NCBI RefSeq assembly: GCF_001194135.2
Contig: NC_068983.1
Location: forward strand, 71,069,931 to 71,133,930
DNA: 64,000 bases
Origin: Octopus bimaculoides
Taxonomy: Eukaryota
Reading direction: 5' to 3'
Below, one piece after another: positions 38,142 to 50,915 of this stretch. The translations under genes and the position numbers were made by a program. Under the pieces are notes generated by a model that did no database searches, had not been told where the DNA came from, and worked only from the letters and a program-made list of their open reading frames with translations. The first letter of the stretch is position 1. Each line of letters opens with the position of its first letter.

Positions 38142-38199
38142 TACAGACTGCCAGAACGATTATAATCCAACAGAATCTCGTGCTAGTTGTCTCCAACAA
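38142..38199 (+). CDS. Candidate 58-nt internal exon
   Basis: Strong acceptor tgtctatttttcctcag and moderate donor AA|GTGAAG. Open frame TDCQNDYNPTESRASCLQQ. Confidence 0.22.
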
Positions 38200-38615
38200 G
38201 TGAAGACGTGCACGGGATTCTATCAATTATAAAGAGTAGAATTCAAAAGTCTTAGTTTTGGCGCGCTAAATCCGGAAATATCTCTGCAGAAAATAATTTC
38301 TGCTTTGAATTTACCAACTTTGAGAAATAATAAAACAGGACATAACAACAGATGTCTTTCGACTAAGGACATATCATAATGCTACGTTACTGATGGCATC
38401 AACAAAGAAGTACTCCATCAATTAATATATGTGTTCGATTTAAATGTAAACCACTATAAGTTTCTTGTTATGGTAATGCAATAACAGAACGAGCTGTATA
38501 GCATGTTGTATACTAGCACGCCTGTAAGATTGCACAATAGTACGCGGCACACCACTTAATTGTATTATAACAGAATGAAACTGGCAGTTGTTCATATTTA
38601 AATCCTATGATATAG

Positions 38616-38670
<55 letters not shown>

Positions 38671-39337
38671 TACATATATATATATTATATATATAAAGTG
38701 AGAGAGAGAGATAAGTGTGTGTAGATACATGTATGTATATGTACAGACATGACTGACTCGTTAAGAAAGCTACTTTGTAATTATACGGTTCTGGGTTCAA
38801 TCTTACTACGTAGCATCTCTAAGCAAATATATTTAACCTTAACCTCAAGGCGATCAGTGAAACGAGTGGGACAAACTCTGTGTGGACGCCCGTTGGATGG
38901 ATTTTACCTGCAATTCAAAATTGTCATATACTTAATGATACTACAGTCTATGGAATACCCAGCTGCTTATTCAGTGAATCGGTTCTTCAAGTAATCAATC
39001 ACTTGGAATAATTATCATATTCAGTGTAATATTATGACTATAATTTACAAAACAATTGAAATTATCCAACCCCTGTCAAATCCAAATAATTGATAATTTG
39101 CAGCAGTTGTGGCAGGTCGAACTTTTTTCAAAGTAACGTCGATAAAGTTCTGGAATATTGTTTTGAAGGTTCTCTGTGCCTTCAGAATATAGAAGACCTG
39201 AAGAAAGAATAACTCGCTATATATATAATCACGCACATATACACACACCATCCCCCTCTCTATCTTTCTCTCCTTTCCCTCCCTCTCTCTTTCTCTCTCT
39301 CCCCTCCCAAAAAGGTGTGTGTGTATAATATATATGT

Positions 39338-39385
<48 letters not shown>

Positions 39386-40863
39386 GAAGTGATGTATAGA
39401 TATATTTTATATATTCGCCAGAATTTTTGGAGAAAAATCATTTATTTATTTATTATTATTTGCGCTTTCGTTTGTTTTTGAACTTTTCGAATAAAATTGT
39501 GAATGTGCAAACAGGTTGTTAATTTATATGAATCTGGTGTTCTCTTTTTTATTTGTTTAGAAGAGGAGAACGTTGGGTTTTTTTTTTTTGGTTTTTTGAA
39601 GGGTTTTCCAGCACAATGGCAGGTATGTGTGCATACATGCACACACAACATACGGACAGACACAGACGCACGCACACACACACACACACACACACACCCT
39701 TGCACAGATACGCACAAATACACACGCACACCCACACACATATATGTATACACATAAATATAAGCGTCAAATCCAACATAAACCGTAGAACCCACCCAGA
39801 GTTGGTTCCAGGTATAACGTATGCAAAAAAAAAAAAGCAAGCAAGCTCGGTTCAGAATTCACAACAACTGTTTCAGTAACATTTTATTGATGCATTCTTA
39901 GATTACATCATACCAAAGATACACTATCATCAGGTAACTTTTAAACCCATATACAGACATGGTAACTCCATAGTCTGACACATTCACTAACTTTCATGAT
40001 GAACACTTATTCATTATGGTAGTTGGTTTATCATTTGATCAGCCGTTGCTGGAGTTTCTCTTATACCAGGAAGATTGCACCATTGATGTTATCACTTACT
40101 TTGTATACTATGTATACTTTTATCGCCTTTTACCATCTTTTCCATTTCATTTTACTCATCATTTTATGTAAATCCTCATACAAATTGCTGTATGTCCTTG
40201 TGATGCACCTCTTATTATACCCCTGTGGCAAATAAAAGAAATTAATATTATTCTTTTGTTATGGATTTCTTTACCTTGCGTCTCGTTTGTATTATTCTAT
40301 TCCCTACTAATTTTTTGAAAATGCTGCGTCTGTTCTATCAAATGCATTTTCACAACTTTCCATAAGAATATTACCATGTATTCAAATATATTGTGATATT
40401 CGCACACTAAATTTGATTTTGGAGGTGGGACTTGTACCGTGAACATACTTCTCCATAGAGTATACATTTTGGAATTTTCTTAAACATCATACTAACAATA
40501 CTGCCAGTGCTTTTCATTCTGTAACGGCGTAGAATATCTTTTGTATTTACAACATTCACTCCAAATCTTCAAGCTCACTTCTATAATCTCCCCAAGGGAT
40601 ACGTAGAATTTATCGAAGACGGTGTTACAGAAAAACCGCCAGATATTTAACCTGTACTGAATGTAATTGCCATATGTTACAGCTATACAACAAGTGGAAA
40701 AAAATAAGTATTAATTCATTAAGACCATAAACAAGATAGCAGTTTTCCAAACACGGTATATTGTATTATCAGAATTCTATCTCCTGCAAAACGATGAATT
40801 GCCTCCCTTCTCATACATACATATGTGGTCATAAATTTAGATTATATCCTATGTAGATTTATG

Positions 40864-40914
<51 letters not shown>

Positions 40915-41284
40915 CATACACTCAACTATGAGTCAACTGAATCTTACAGCAGAAATTGCTGAAAGCTAATGAAGTTCATAACATAACTATCGTTTTTTTT
41001 TTTTCTGTTATCTCTTTTTCATGGCGACTCGCCATTCAAGGCCACCACCCACAGTCATGCGATCAATGCTCGAGACTGTTCCATTCCCTACTTGGCCTTC
41101 AGAGCCCTGTCAGGTTAAAGCATCATAGAGGCACCAGTTGAACCAAACTTGGACACAAGTGGTGTCGGCGACGATACATACATACATACATGCATACATA
41201 CATACATACATACATACATACATACATACATTCATACATACATACATACATACATACATACATACATACATACATACATACATA

Positions 41285-41610
41285 GAAGAAAAGGGCATGT
41301 TCTGTTGTGGAAATTTGCTGCTCTCTGGAGACCAATGTGATTCGAAAGTTACGAGAATAAGAGGACATCTATGGACCATTTATAAGACGTTTGAAAATCC
41401 TGTACCAAAGAGACAATTCAGTTTCAAACCATCCTGTCTGGAGCACGCGAATCTTTATTTCACACACTTCAAATGACCAAGATATCTGGGGCTATTGAAA
41501 CATACAGGGCCTTAATATTTAAAGGAAGATAAACAAAACCAGATGCTTTCCGTTACAACCTTGCTACCAAATCGGTGGCCGGTCAAAATTTACTCCAATT
41601 TAAAAAGAGA
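41285..41610 (+). mobile_element. R4-type LINE RLE-domain fragment flanked by (TACA)n on both sides
   Basis: VVEICCSLETNVIRKLRE*EDIYGPFIRRLKILY..FSFKP is paralogous to EVSYPADINTSLKTNEKEDIYGQRLRNLQLQYP at ~42790-42890. Confidence 0.7.
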
Positions 41611-41632
41611 AGGGCATATATTCATGTATGCA

Positions 41633-41666
<34 letters not shown>

Positions 41667-41676
41667 CATACATACA

Positions 41677-43195
41677 TGAGAAAAGTCAGCCCCCAACCCC
41701 AAAACCTGTGCATCAACGGTCACTGTATATACTCCATTCCATACAAAGAATGTTACAAGTACATAGGCATGGACGAATATATATCATACGAAGACACTGT
41801 GAATAAAGATAGAGTGACCCGAGAATATTACACCATACTTAGGAAAATATGGCAGCCAGAACTCTCTTCTTAAGCAAAACAATATCCCACAATGTATTTT
41901 CAGTACCAGTGCTGATCTATCACTTAGGACACTTGATTGGTCAGTAGAGGAAATCCACTCCATAGATATCAAAACCCCCAAAATTTTGACAACAACTGGG
42001 AACTTCCACAGAAACAGTGATGTTTGCAGGATCTACCTAAGAAAAAATGAAGGTGGTAGAGGCCTGAGATCAGTGCAGACAGCCTTCCAATGCTGTATGA
42101 CATGACTCAGGCAACACCTGCTAAACAACAGCAGCAAAAGTATAAATACAGTGCTGAAAAGTGAAATGACTAACATTGTACGATTTGGCAGTGAGCTCAT
42201 GAGGCACTCTCTTCCTGAAGATATCCTATACGGCCTCAAAACAGCTGGGCTTTCTTGCCTCAGAGAAGACCTGGATGGAAAGCACTCAGCATACAAAAAA
42301 AAAAGACTATGCTTGGGCATGTTGCCTGGAAACTTAAAGAAAACAGCAGAATTGACACGAAGCGCAGCGTCTCCTGGACACAAGAACTCTACATCACATC
42401 ACACTTTGAAGGCTATGCGTTTGCAATCTAGGAACAGGAGATTTCCACAAAGTACCTGGTGAACAAGAAAGACAGTGAGGCTCTTGTAATCCCAAGGTGC
42501 AGCGGCATGTGTAGGCTATGACATGTTTCTGTGGAAGACATCACGTATGCGATTAGCAGCTATCCTAAAATGTCGTCACAGTACTACATCCCTATGCGGC
42601 ACGATGTTGTTGCTAAAACAATTCACAATGCCATCCGCTAAAAAGACTGTCCTGAAATAATTAGAAAAATCTTGTTATGGAATACATTGATAAGCACCAA
42701 CTCAAGAAATACTGGTGGAATATTCCCATCAAAGCTTCTGTCAAATGTAAACATAACAGGCTGGATAGTTTGGGACAGAGGGACATCAGAGAGGTCAGCT
42801 ATCCTGCAGATATAAATACCTCTTTGAAAACCAACGAAAAAGAGGATATCTATGGACAACGTCTTCGAAATCTCCAACTTCAATATCCGACTATGAATTC
42901 ATATTCATACCAATAATAATTGGAGCACTAGGTTTTGTTAGTAAATGCTTAAAGAAGTATCTCGATAAACTGGGATTTTCAGAAAAAGAAATCGACTAGC
43001 AAATCCGTACATTACAAGTGTAATTTGTGAGTGAAACAATAAAATATGCAAGACTCTTCTCAAGTTCCAAATGTGAATTTGTCTGTGTTAACTACATCCC
43101 AAAGATGGAGCCTTATATATTTGTTGGAAACCGGCTCCTTCCTCAGTGGAAGATTTAAAGTGCGGCGGCACTTTAGCGCAAGCTGGGTGCTATGT
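41677..43195 (+). mobile_element. 5'-truncated R4-type RLE LINE (RT motif 7 to end of ORF, plus 3' UTR)
   Basis: CYKYIG..FHRNSDVCRIYLRKNEGGRGL, a degenerate CCHC knuckle CRL*..TYAISSYP, MRHDVVAK, WWNIPI..HNRLD and IPIIIGALG..KICKTLLKFQM*. The ORF ends at ~43075. Confidence 0.9.
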
Positions 43196-43201
43196 ATATA
43201 G

Positions 43202-43253
<52 letters not shown>

Positions 43254-43271
43254 GCATACATACGTAATTCC

Positions 43272-43425
43272 ATATGACGGGGTTCTTTCAGTTTCTGTCT
43301 ATCAAATCGGCTCACAAAACTTTGGTCGGCCCGAGACACTTTCCCAGAGTGACACTTTCCCAGAGTGACACGCAGTGCGAGTGGAACTCGAACCCTATAG
43401 TTAGCAAACCTCTTTCCTGTCAGCC
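43272..43425 (-). mobile_element. SINE family A head with a short internal tandem duplication
   Basis: ttctttcagtttctgtctatcaaatc..tttggtcggcccgag; gacactttcccagagt occurs twice. Confidence 0.7.
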
Positions 43426-44091
43426 ACTCATACATAATACAAACATACATACATACATACATACATACATAAATACCTGATGTAGGTTTATGCAGTCGAA
43501 GAGATAAAGATATATAACGAATGTATACAATGCATATACATTAGATTGAACACTATATTAAATGCATACGAAAAGGTGGATTCGTCTGAACTAACTCCAG
43601 CATATTTTTAGTATTGTGTTTTTCGAGTAGTGAACAGAAGATAAAGACCATTCCTCTGACATTCGTAAAATACAAATAATCTCAAATCTACATGCTGAAA
43701 AAGTTAAGCCAGTGAATCTAATGTTTCTATCAACTACTTCGCATATTTATATGCAGAAGTGTAATATGAGTGAATGTACTGTGTGAAAAGATCGTATGTG
43801 AATGAGCGGGTGCGTGCGTGTTTTAGTATGAGTAAATGTGTGCTTATGCGTGCCTTTGAACGAATAGTTATGCTTGTTTAGATCATAGAGCTGAAAATAA
43901 ACTGTAATTACTTATAATGTATCTTGTATCAGATAAAACTAAACATAAGCTTCCTAGTTAACAAACAACTCAGACAGTTGTTACAAATTTCCATGTGGCG
44001 TCTTGTATCTATACTATTTGTCATCTAAACAGGAAAAAAAATTTTTAAATATACATATTACCAACAACAACTGCAACAATAATACTAATGC

Positions 44092-44165
<74 letters not shown>

Positions 44166-44329
44166 GTATAAAATGAATATAAAGATATGTATTTACTCAT
44201 TGTTTGTTGTATCATCATGTTATATTGTGCTAATGATGTCTTTCTGCTGTTACAAAAGAATTATATACTATTTATATAGGTGAGACTCATACTCTACTGG
44301 TTTTAACGTTGACGTCAATGCTTTTATTA

Positions 44330-45105
44330 TTATCATTGATTTGACTCAGGTTGGTTCTTATTCCTGGTAGAACTTATGCGGGGAGCGGGTTACTACCTGT
44401 AACCTTAGATATCCACAATCATTTAATATCCTTTCAAGTGCTTACGATAATCTCTCTTGTTCGTAAGAGGCAAACTTTCTGTAGAAGTTCTACAGGGCAT
44501 TCTATTCCAATCTCCTTCAACTATTTGTCTATGTTTTCTTAGAATTTCAAATTTAAACGGATTGTATTTTTTCATATTTTGTCTTCTTCTTTTACGATCC
44601 TGGAATCAAACGGACATGATGGATCATTTAGTATGCAACTTCACTTGTCTATTATTATGTCTGGTCTATTATTTTCTAGCTTCTTGTCTGTTTGAATACG
44701 AAAGTCACACAGAATCTATCAATTCTCCAACTCTTTCGATTCGATGTTCATACCTTGTGTTTCCAAATTCATATCCCCATTTTCCTCAAGTTTATTTTGT
44801 TTTCATCATTTGATCCTGATCTGCTAAAATTAGGCTCTCTGCTACTTTCTTTTTAATTGCCCCATTTTTTTTAGCCAAGCCCAGAATTTTGTTCCACATA
44901 CATCTTCAGCGGATCTCCAAAATTGACCTTACAGAGGTTTCTCCTCAGTCTATCTAACGTGCTCCGTTTGAATTTCATTGTTGTCCTTTTCTCCTGTTCC
45001 ACACTTGATCACCTGTTCTTTATTCTCTGACTTTAGTAGTTTCTCTGTGCTGATCTGTAAATATTCTAGTACGCTTTTTTTTTCAATTGTACACACCCTT
45101 CCGCG
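44330..45105 (-). mobile_element. R4/Dong-like LINE fragment with internal deletions
   Basis: KPL*GQFWR..WAWLKK..ESLILADQDQ, then ILCDFRIQTDKKLENNRPDIIID..CPFDSRI..ELLQKVCLLRT. The 5' junction is at (TAA)n and the 3' end reads aatgataataataa. Confidence 0.85.
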
Positions 45106-45124
45106 ACATTATTATTATTATTAT

Positions 45125-45285
45125 TGAGCGAGAGAGCAGTACATGCCATCGAAATGACATTGGGGTAAAATATACGAAGCCCAGTATACCCATCATGACT
45201 ACCCGTCTGATAAGGGTAGACCGCGCACGTGCATTACAACCATATATGCGTGACATGGTGATTGCATATCAAGATAAACAGGGCG
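45125..45285 (-). mobile_element. Truncated copy of the 45490-45935 non-coding repeat
   Basis: Shares aaatatacgaagcccagtatacccatcatgactacccgtctgataag.. with the longer copy and is bounded by TTA arrays. Strand is inferred from the (AAT)n tail. Confidence 0.8.
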
Positions 45286-45323
45286 TTATTATTTTTATTG
45301 AATTTGTTGTTATTGTTGTTGTT

Positions 45324-45415
<92 letters not shown>

Positions 45416-45420
45416 CATCA

Positions 45421-45489
<69 letters not shown>

Positions 45490-45491
<2 letters not shown>

Positions 45492-45935
45492 TGAGAGAGT
45501 AGCGCATGCCATCAAAGTGTCACTAGGATACAAATATACGAAGCCCAGTATACCCATCATGACTACCCGTCTGATAAGAGTACACCAGGCACATGCATCA
45601 CAACCATATGAGCGTGACATGGTGATCTTCTATCAAGATAAACAGCACATGACTTTGCAGGTGGAGCACATTGAGAATTTTCTCCAGGTCGAGTAGTCCC
45701 ATCCCGCTGAAAAGGTCCCTCAATAAGGGATGTTTAAGGATGATGAATGAAACACCCAGAGGTGAATTATTCAAACCACAGAGAATTTCTCCCAACGCAT
45801 GGCTGTGATGCTCCCCCACTACTTCTGCTCCTGAACAGAGAGGCACATATCGTCAGCCACTAAGGGACATGCTCAACTGGTTACGGTCAAGCAATTGACA
45901 AGCAAATCTATGGTATTAAGCAGAATATTTACTGT
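45490..45935 (-). mobile_element. Non-coding (AAT)n-tailed repeat (LINE 3' UTR or SINE-like)
   Basis: Duplicated in the window, no ORF, sits in a TAA array. Class inferred. Confidence 0.65.
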
Positions 45936-45969
45936 AGCCCATTATTATTTTGATTGTTGTTGTTGTTGT

Positions 45970-46095
45970 TATGACAGCGTTTTACGATCTGGTTTCATAT
46001 CCTGTGGGGTCAACTTTACTTTTCATTCTTTCGAGGATGATAAAATAACATACATGGCATGTACTGGGGTCGAGGTTATCCACTAATCCCCATCT
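45970..46095 (+). mobile_element. SINE family B fragment
   Basis: ggggtcaactttacttttcattctttcgaggatgataaaataa..tactggggtcga. Confidence 0.6.
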
Positions 46096-46121
46096 GCTCA
46101 AAACAGTTGAACTTCTACCGA

Positions 46122-46192
<71 letters not shown>

Positions 46193-46565
46193 ACATATTT
46201 GCCTGCTTTACGTCATTTTCCAACGACAAACAAAAAAATATCCTGCATCAGTTCCTAAAACAAAGTGTAATGTGACACAGTAACACCCAAGTGAAATTAA
46301 TGTGTCTGTAGATGTATATGTAAATACATACATACGTGTGTGTCTGTGTGTCTGTGTGTATGTGTGTAATTTGTATAAGTAACAATAGTATGTTAACTTA
46401 AACATTATCTGTTTTACTCTAGTGTAGTTTTTTGCACGAATCCGCTACAGGTGCACGACATCATAGCAAGGTTGTATGTAATTAACATACATCAAACAGT
46501 AACTGATTGTACAGCGATTTCTATCTAATAGAAAAAAATGCAAACAGCTTTTTACAGTTGTTTTC

Positions 46566-46610
<45 letters not shown>

Positions 46611-47254
46611 GTATGTATGCATGTGCATTATGTATTTTACACTTTCTAGCACTTTCTTTTCATTCTCACATTGTTTTATATTATGCTCTTTATTATATAT
46701 TTATGAACAGATTACATGAATACATAAATCTTTCTGCATATTTACGTACCAATATTCATTCCTGTACGTGTGTGTCTGTGGCAGTGTGCAAATATATGTT
46801 CATATACGCATAAATATCTGTAAATATATACGCACACACATATATGTGTATATATGTATATAAACATATATATAAAACATATATAAGGGTGTTCATACGT
46901 GTGTGTATGTGTGTGTGTGAGTGTGTGAGTGCGTGTGTGTGTACTTATATATGAATACCCATGCATATTCATTAACATATGAACACGCATACACATCTCT
47001 GCTATGTGTCTTTAATCACTATAAACGAGATGTAGAATAATAACCAATAGTAAAATGAAAACTAAAAGCTACGTTATTTTTATTTCACATTATCCATTTT
47101 CTTATTTATGTATGCGTATTTCGTCTACTTCCTGTTTATCTCTCTGCATCACACTATTTCCTACTCACCCGTGATCTCCCCATTCTCCCCGTCTACATAT
47201 AACAAGTGGGATGGGTTTAAAAATATATATGCGCACGTGTATCTATGTGTAAGT

Positions 47255-47400
47255 GTCGAAGTTGTGTGGCCTAGCAGTTATGATATTGGTATGTGGTCAT
47301 ATGTTCGTGGGTTCAAATCATAGACTTGGGAGCACGTTTTGCCTTTTAGACAAATCGCTTGATTTCTCCAGTTTATTCAGCTATAAACAGATACCACCTT
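47255..47400 (+). mobile_element. Degenerate tRNA-like SINE head
   Basis: A-box-like gtggcctagcagtt and B-box-like gggttcaaatc. No full cloverleaf. Confidence 0.45.
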
Positions 47401-47952
47401 AGTGGTGGTGCAGACTGTCTCCTTCTAATATTCACGTTTCTGTTGTGCCATTGGGTCATAGGTCAGGGGTGGATGATTATATCCTTGTGAATATACGAGC
47501 ACCTAGAACAAATAGATATATTTATTTGTGCGCGTGTGTATGTGTGTGTGTGGCACTCCATCTGTGTATATATGTCACATATATCTCCTGAATCCTGCAG
47601 TAAGGGTAACTATGTCTACAGCTAATGACAGACCAACAACACTGACGTTACCGATGAATGTCCGTGTTCTGACATCATTATTCATGTAACCATATTTGTG
47701 TGGGTTCAGCCATTATCACTCCTACCATGCAGCAATTGTTTTCTTTTACAAGTTACTGAGGATTAATTTTTGGTGTAAGTCACCGTGTCTTTCAAATATG
47801 CGACTGTCATATCTATGATGAAGTATGTTCTGCTCACTTGTGCAGTTCACAAATCACTGCTTATGTGTCCTTCTATTATCCACCAAATAGTACTGAGACC
47901 ATTTAATTTCAAATTGATGTCTCCCGTCCAAGAACTGCATGCTAATATATTC

Positions 47953-48551
47953 GGATCTTTTTTAAAACGGGGGCCACATTTTTCATTAACGAAACACTTT
48001 GAAACTTGGAACACTGGTAGAATGTGTCATATAAAACATCTTTTTCTCTTAGTCTTCTTAAAAAAAAAAGAAATCCCTAAGTTATTCCATGTTAAAGTTG
48101 TCGTATTTCTGTAATTTCAACCAATCACTGACGTCCATTCAGCCGATATACATTAAGTGCCGACTACATAAACAAACGATTCTGAAACAATTCTATCGGT
48201 GATAGGGTTAGGGTTAGGGTAAAACAGCAAATTTAAAAAGAAAAAAGCAAATAAAACGAAGAAAAAAAAAGAAAATGAAAAAAGCAAATTTAAAATGAAA
48301 ACAAGCAAATAAAACGAAGCTATGGCTTAATCAGCCAAAGGAGTAAATGTAAACAACTGAATACTTGTCAGTGATTGGTTGAAATTATCGAAATAAGACA
48401 ATTTTTTACATGAGATAAATTCGAATACAAAAATATTTTTCTGTTCTATAACACAAAATAGATAAGTATACGAAGTTTGAAAGTCTTTCGGTACCAAAAA
48501 CACTACGTAAAACATTAATGAAAAATGTGGCCCCCGTTTTAAAAAAGATCC
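47953..48551. mobile_element. Merlin-like MITE (599 bp) with perfect 37-bp TIRs and 8-bp TSD
   Basis: TIR GGATCTTTTTTAAAACGGGGGCCACATTTTTCATTAA at both ends. ATATATTC occurs at 47945-47952 and 48552-48559. An internal inverted block TAATTTCAACCAATCACTGAC is also present. Confidence 0.9.
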
Positions 48552-50780
48552 ATATATTCTTGCTTTACACGATTCCTTCAGTGATTCACATTTAAATCGG
48601 ATATTTTTCATCCATGTACGAACTCTATTTAGCGTTCTCAGTGCACGTTAACATAAATATCTTTTACCTTGGCTTTCAAACACGAAGGTCTCCTTCAAAT
48701 CTACCTTTGCACATTCCAGCCATCACCACTTTGCAGTTCTCTAGTTTCCAACTTTCCGATGTTTTCGCTCCTGTGTTTTCATTCCTCACCTTCCTTATGC
48801 AAAATTGGGGACGTATTTTGGTGATATTTTTCATTATATTTACACAGTGGCTATTCTGTTCTAGTGTATTTGAGATCAAAGCGCAGAGAGCCAAAATGGA
48901 TGACGTAAAGCATTTTATTTGTTACTCTAAAGACGGAGCCCATCTGTTGTTGTGCATGCGTGTGTTTATAGAAATATATAAGTATGTATGTGCGTCTTCA
49001 TACCTGTGCTTGTACGTCTGTATGTATGCATATATGTGTACGTGTGTTTATGCATTTGTTTGTGCATGATCTCTTAATGATTGATATTCGTATTCAGGAT
49101 AGGTCATGACAGCTAGTATATTTATCACACTCATCAGTTGGACAAATGCTTGAATATATTTGTTAATCGTAGAGAATTTCCGAACGAAATACAATGAATT
49201 GACATGGGCTTTATTTTAAATATCTCTGATTATATTAGCATAATTCGCTGATTTACATTCATTTGTAGTTTGAATTTGTCTTTAACTTGTTTTTTATGTT
49301 ACTAATGTCGATGTCGTTTACAATTATTTTTTGTTTTGTTTTGTCTTTATGTAGTCAGGTTGTATTTTATGTACATTCTCTCACTGTAAACTTAGATCTC
49401 GTTCATGATGTTTTACGATACAATGACAGCATATGGATTGTTGTATTAACCCAATCACATGTAATTAGAGCTTTCACCAATATATCATCAATAAATCTAG
49501 TCAGTTCGACGAAAGAAACCACTGGAGAAAGTTCCTATCCAACTAAACATAATATTAATATGTAGTTACCAAAGAAGTTGTAGACATTTTGGACTAAATT
49601 GTTGTACAGTATAGTTTCTGCCTTGTAATCATGTGCTCAACTCCTAAATATGTTAGATTTGCTATTCAAATACATTGGGACGATAAGTGTTTTCCATATG
49701 TGTTTTCTATATATCTTTTCTTTAACTACCCTACACTCCTGTCAAAGTTAGGAAAGGAAGCGAACTTATTTAAATTCGGTACTGAATATACAAGTTATAA
49801 TAGCCATTGTTTATACCAAAAGGGTCAACGAGGAAATTTATTCATGGTCGATTGACTTGTTCGAAATAGCAGCCAAATCACTTTAAAAGACATATGGATT
49901 ATGTGATACTGAACATTTTCTAAGGAAAAGAATGGAGTATAACTTGAGCAACATCTTTGACTAGAACCTACAGCGATCAATGAAACCTGGCTTGGAATAA
50001 CAGCTACAACAACAAACAAAATAATATTTTTATATTTTCTTTCTGTTTCCAACTTCTGTATCCACATTAACTGCAAACATTGGCGAATACGGCATTAAAC
50101 CAATGAATTATCCCTATCTAGTTTTTTTATCTACTGGAAGAAGAAGGTCACAATCAATAATGTATTCCTTTTACTGAATGTTCTCCCCAATTTGTAAATA
50201 TTTCTCTGTAAAGAAGGGTTTTACACAAATAGTTTAGATATACAACTTCCCATAACATATGAATTTATCCCAGTTGCAATGTTTATGGGGAAAAAAACGG
50301 CGGACCGGCGGCTTAGTTAGGTCATCTGTAAAAATCTAGTATGTATTTGCGGTCCTTTATGTGCTGAGTCCAGATCACGACAAGGTATAATTTACCTTGC
50401 CAATCGGTTAATGGGATAAAGTAGTAGTTAAGCATTCGCTTAGATTGTATTACTATGATATATCATCGATATTAATAAAATTACAAACGAAGACAAATAA
50501 CATTTAAATATTTTGACTTCCATCTTGATTTTAACTGCTCCTGAGATGTTGGACTGGCAACTCGCGAATATTAGTGTTTACCCGGTTTTGTCGGGAAATT
50601 TCTGGAAATAATAGAAAATTATTTCTTACAATCAATTTTGTACTAATATTTCTGTTTTAGTACATGCATTATGTCAACGTTCGTCAAAACTTTTCGCTTC
50701 TGAGCGGTTTCATGCAATGTAATTTTTCCATGAACAGTGAGGTCACTAGCATAATAGAAGTAAAGTGCGAAATATATATA

Positions 50781-50814
<34 letters not shown>

Positions 50815-50876
50815 NNNNNNNNNNNNNNNNNNNNNNNNNNNNNNNNNNTATTATATATATAATATATAATATAATA

Positions 50877-50915
<39 letters not shown>

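Noticed and set aside
48202-48224. TTAGGG repeats as an interstitial telomere or fusion scar
   Set aside because: Only about three units, and they lie inside a TSD-flanked MITE.
48614-49069. 151-aa plus-strand ORF with a hydrophobic segment
   Set aside because: No recognisable domain, the tail is microsatellite-derived, and about one ORF of this length is expected by chance in the window.
49104-49140. Minus-strand CTGATGA-GTGT..ATAC-TAGCTG-TC
   Set aside because: Resembles an HHR relic but GAAA is missing and stem I does not pair.
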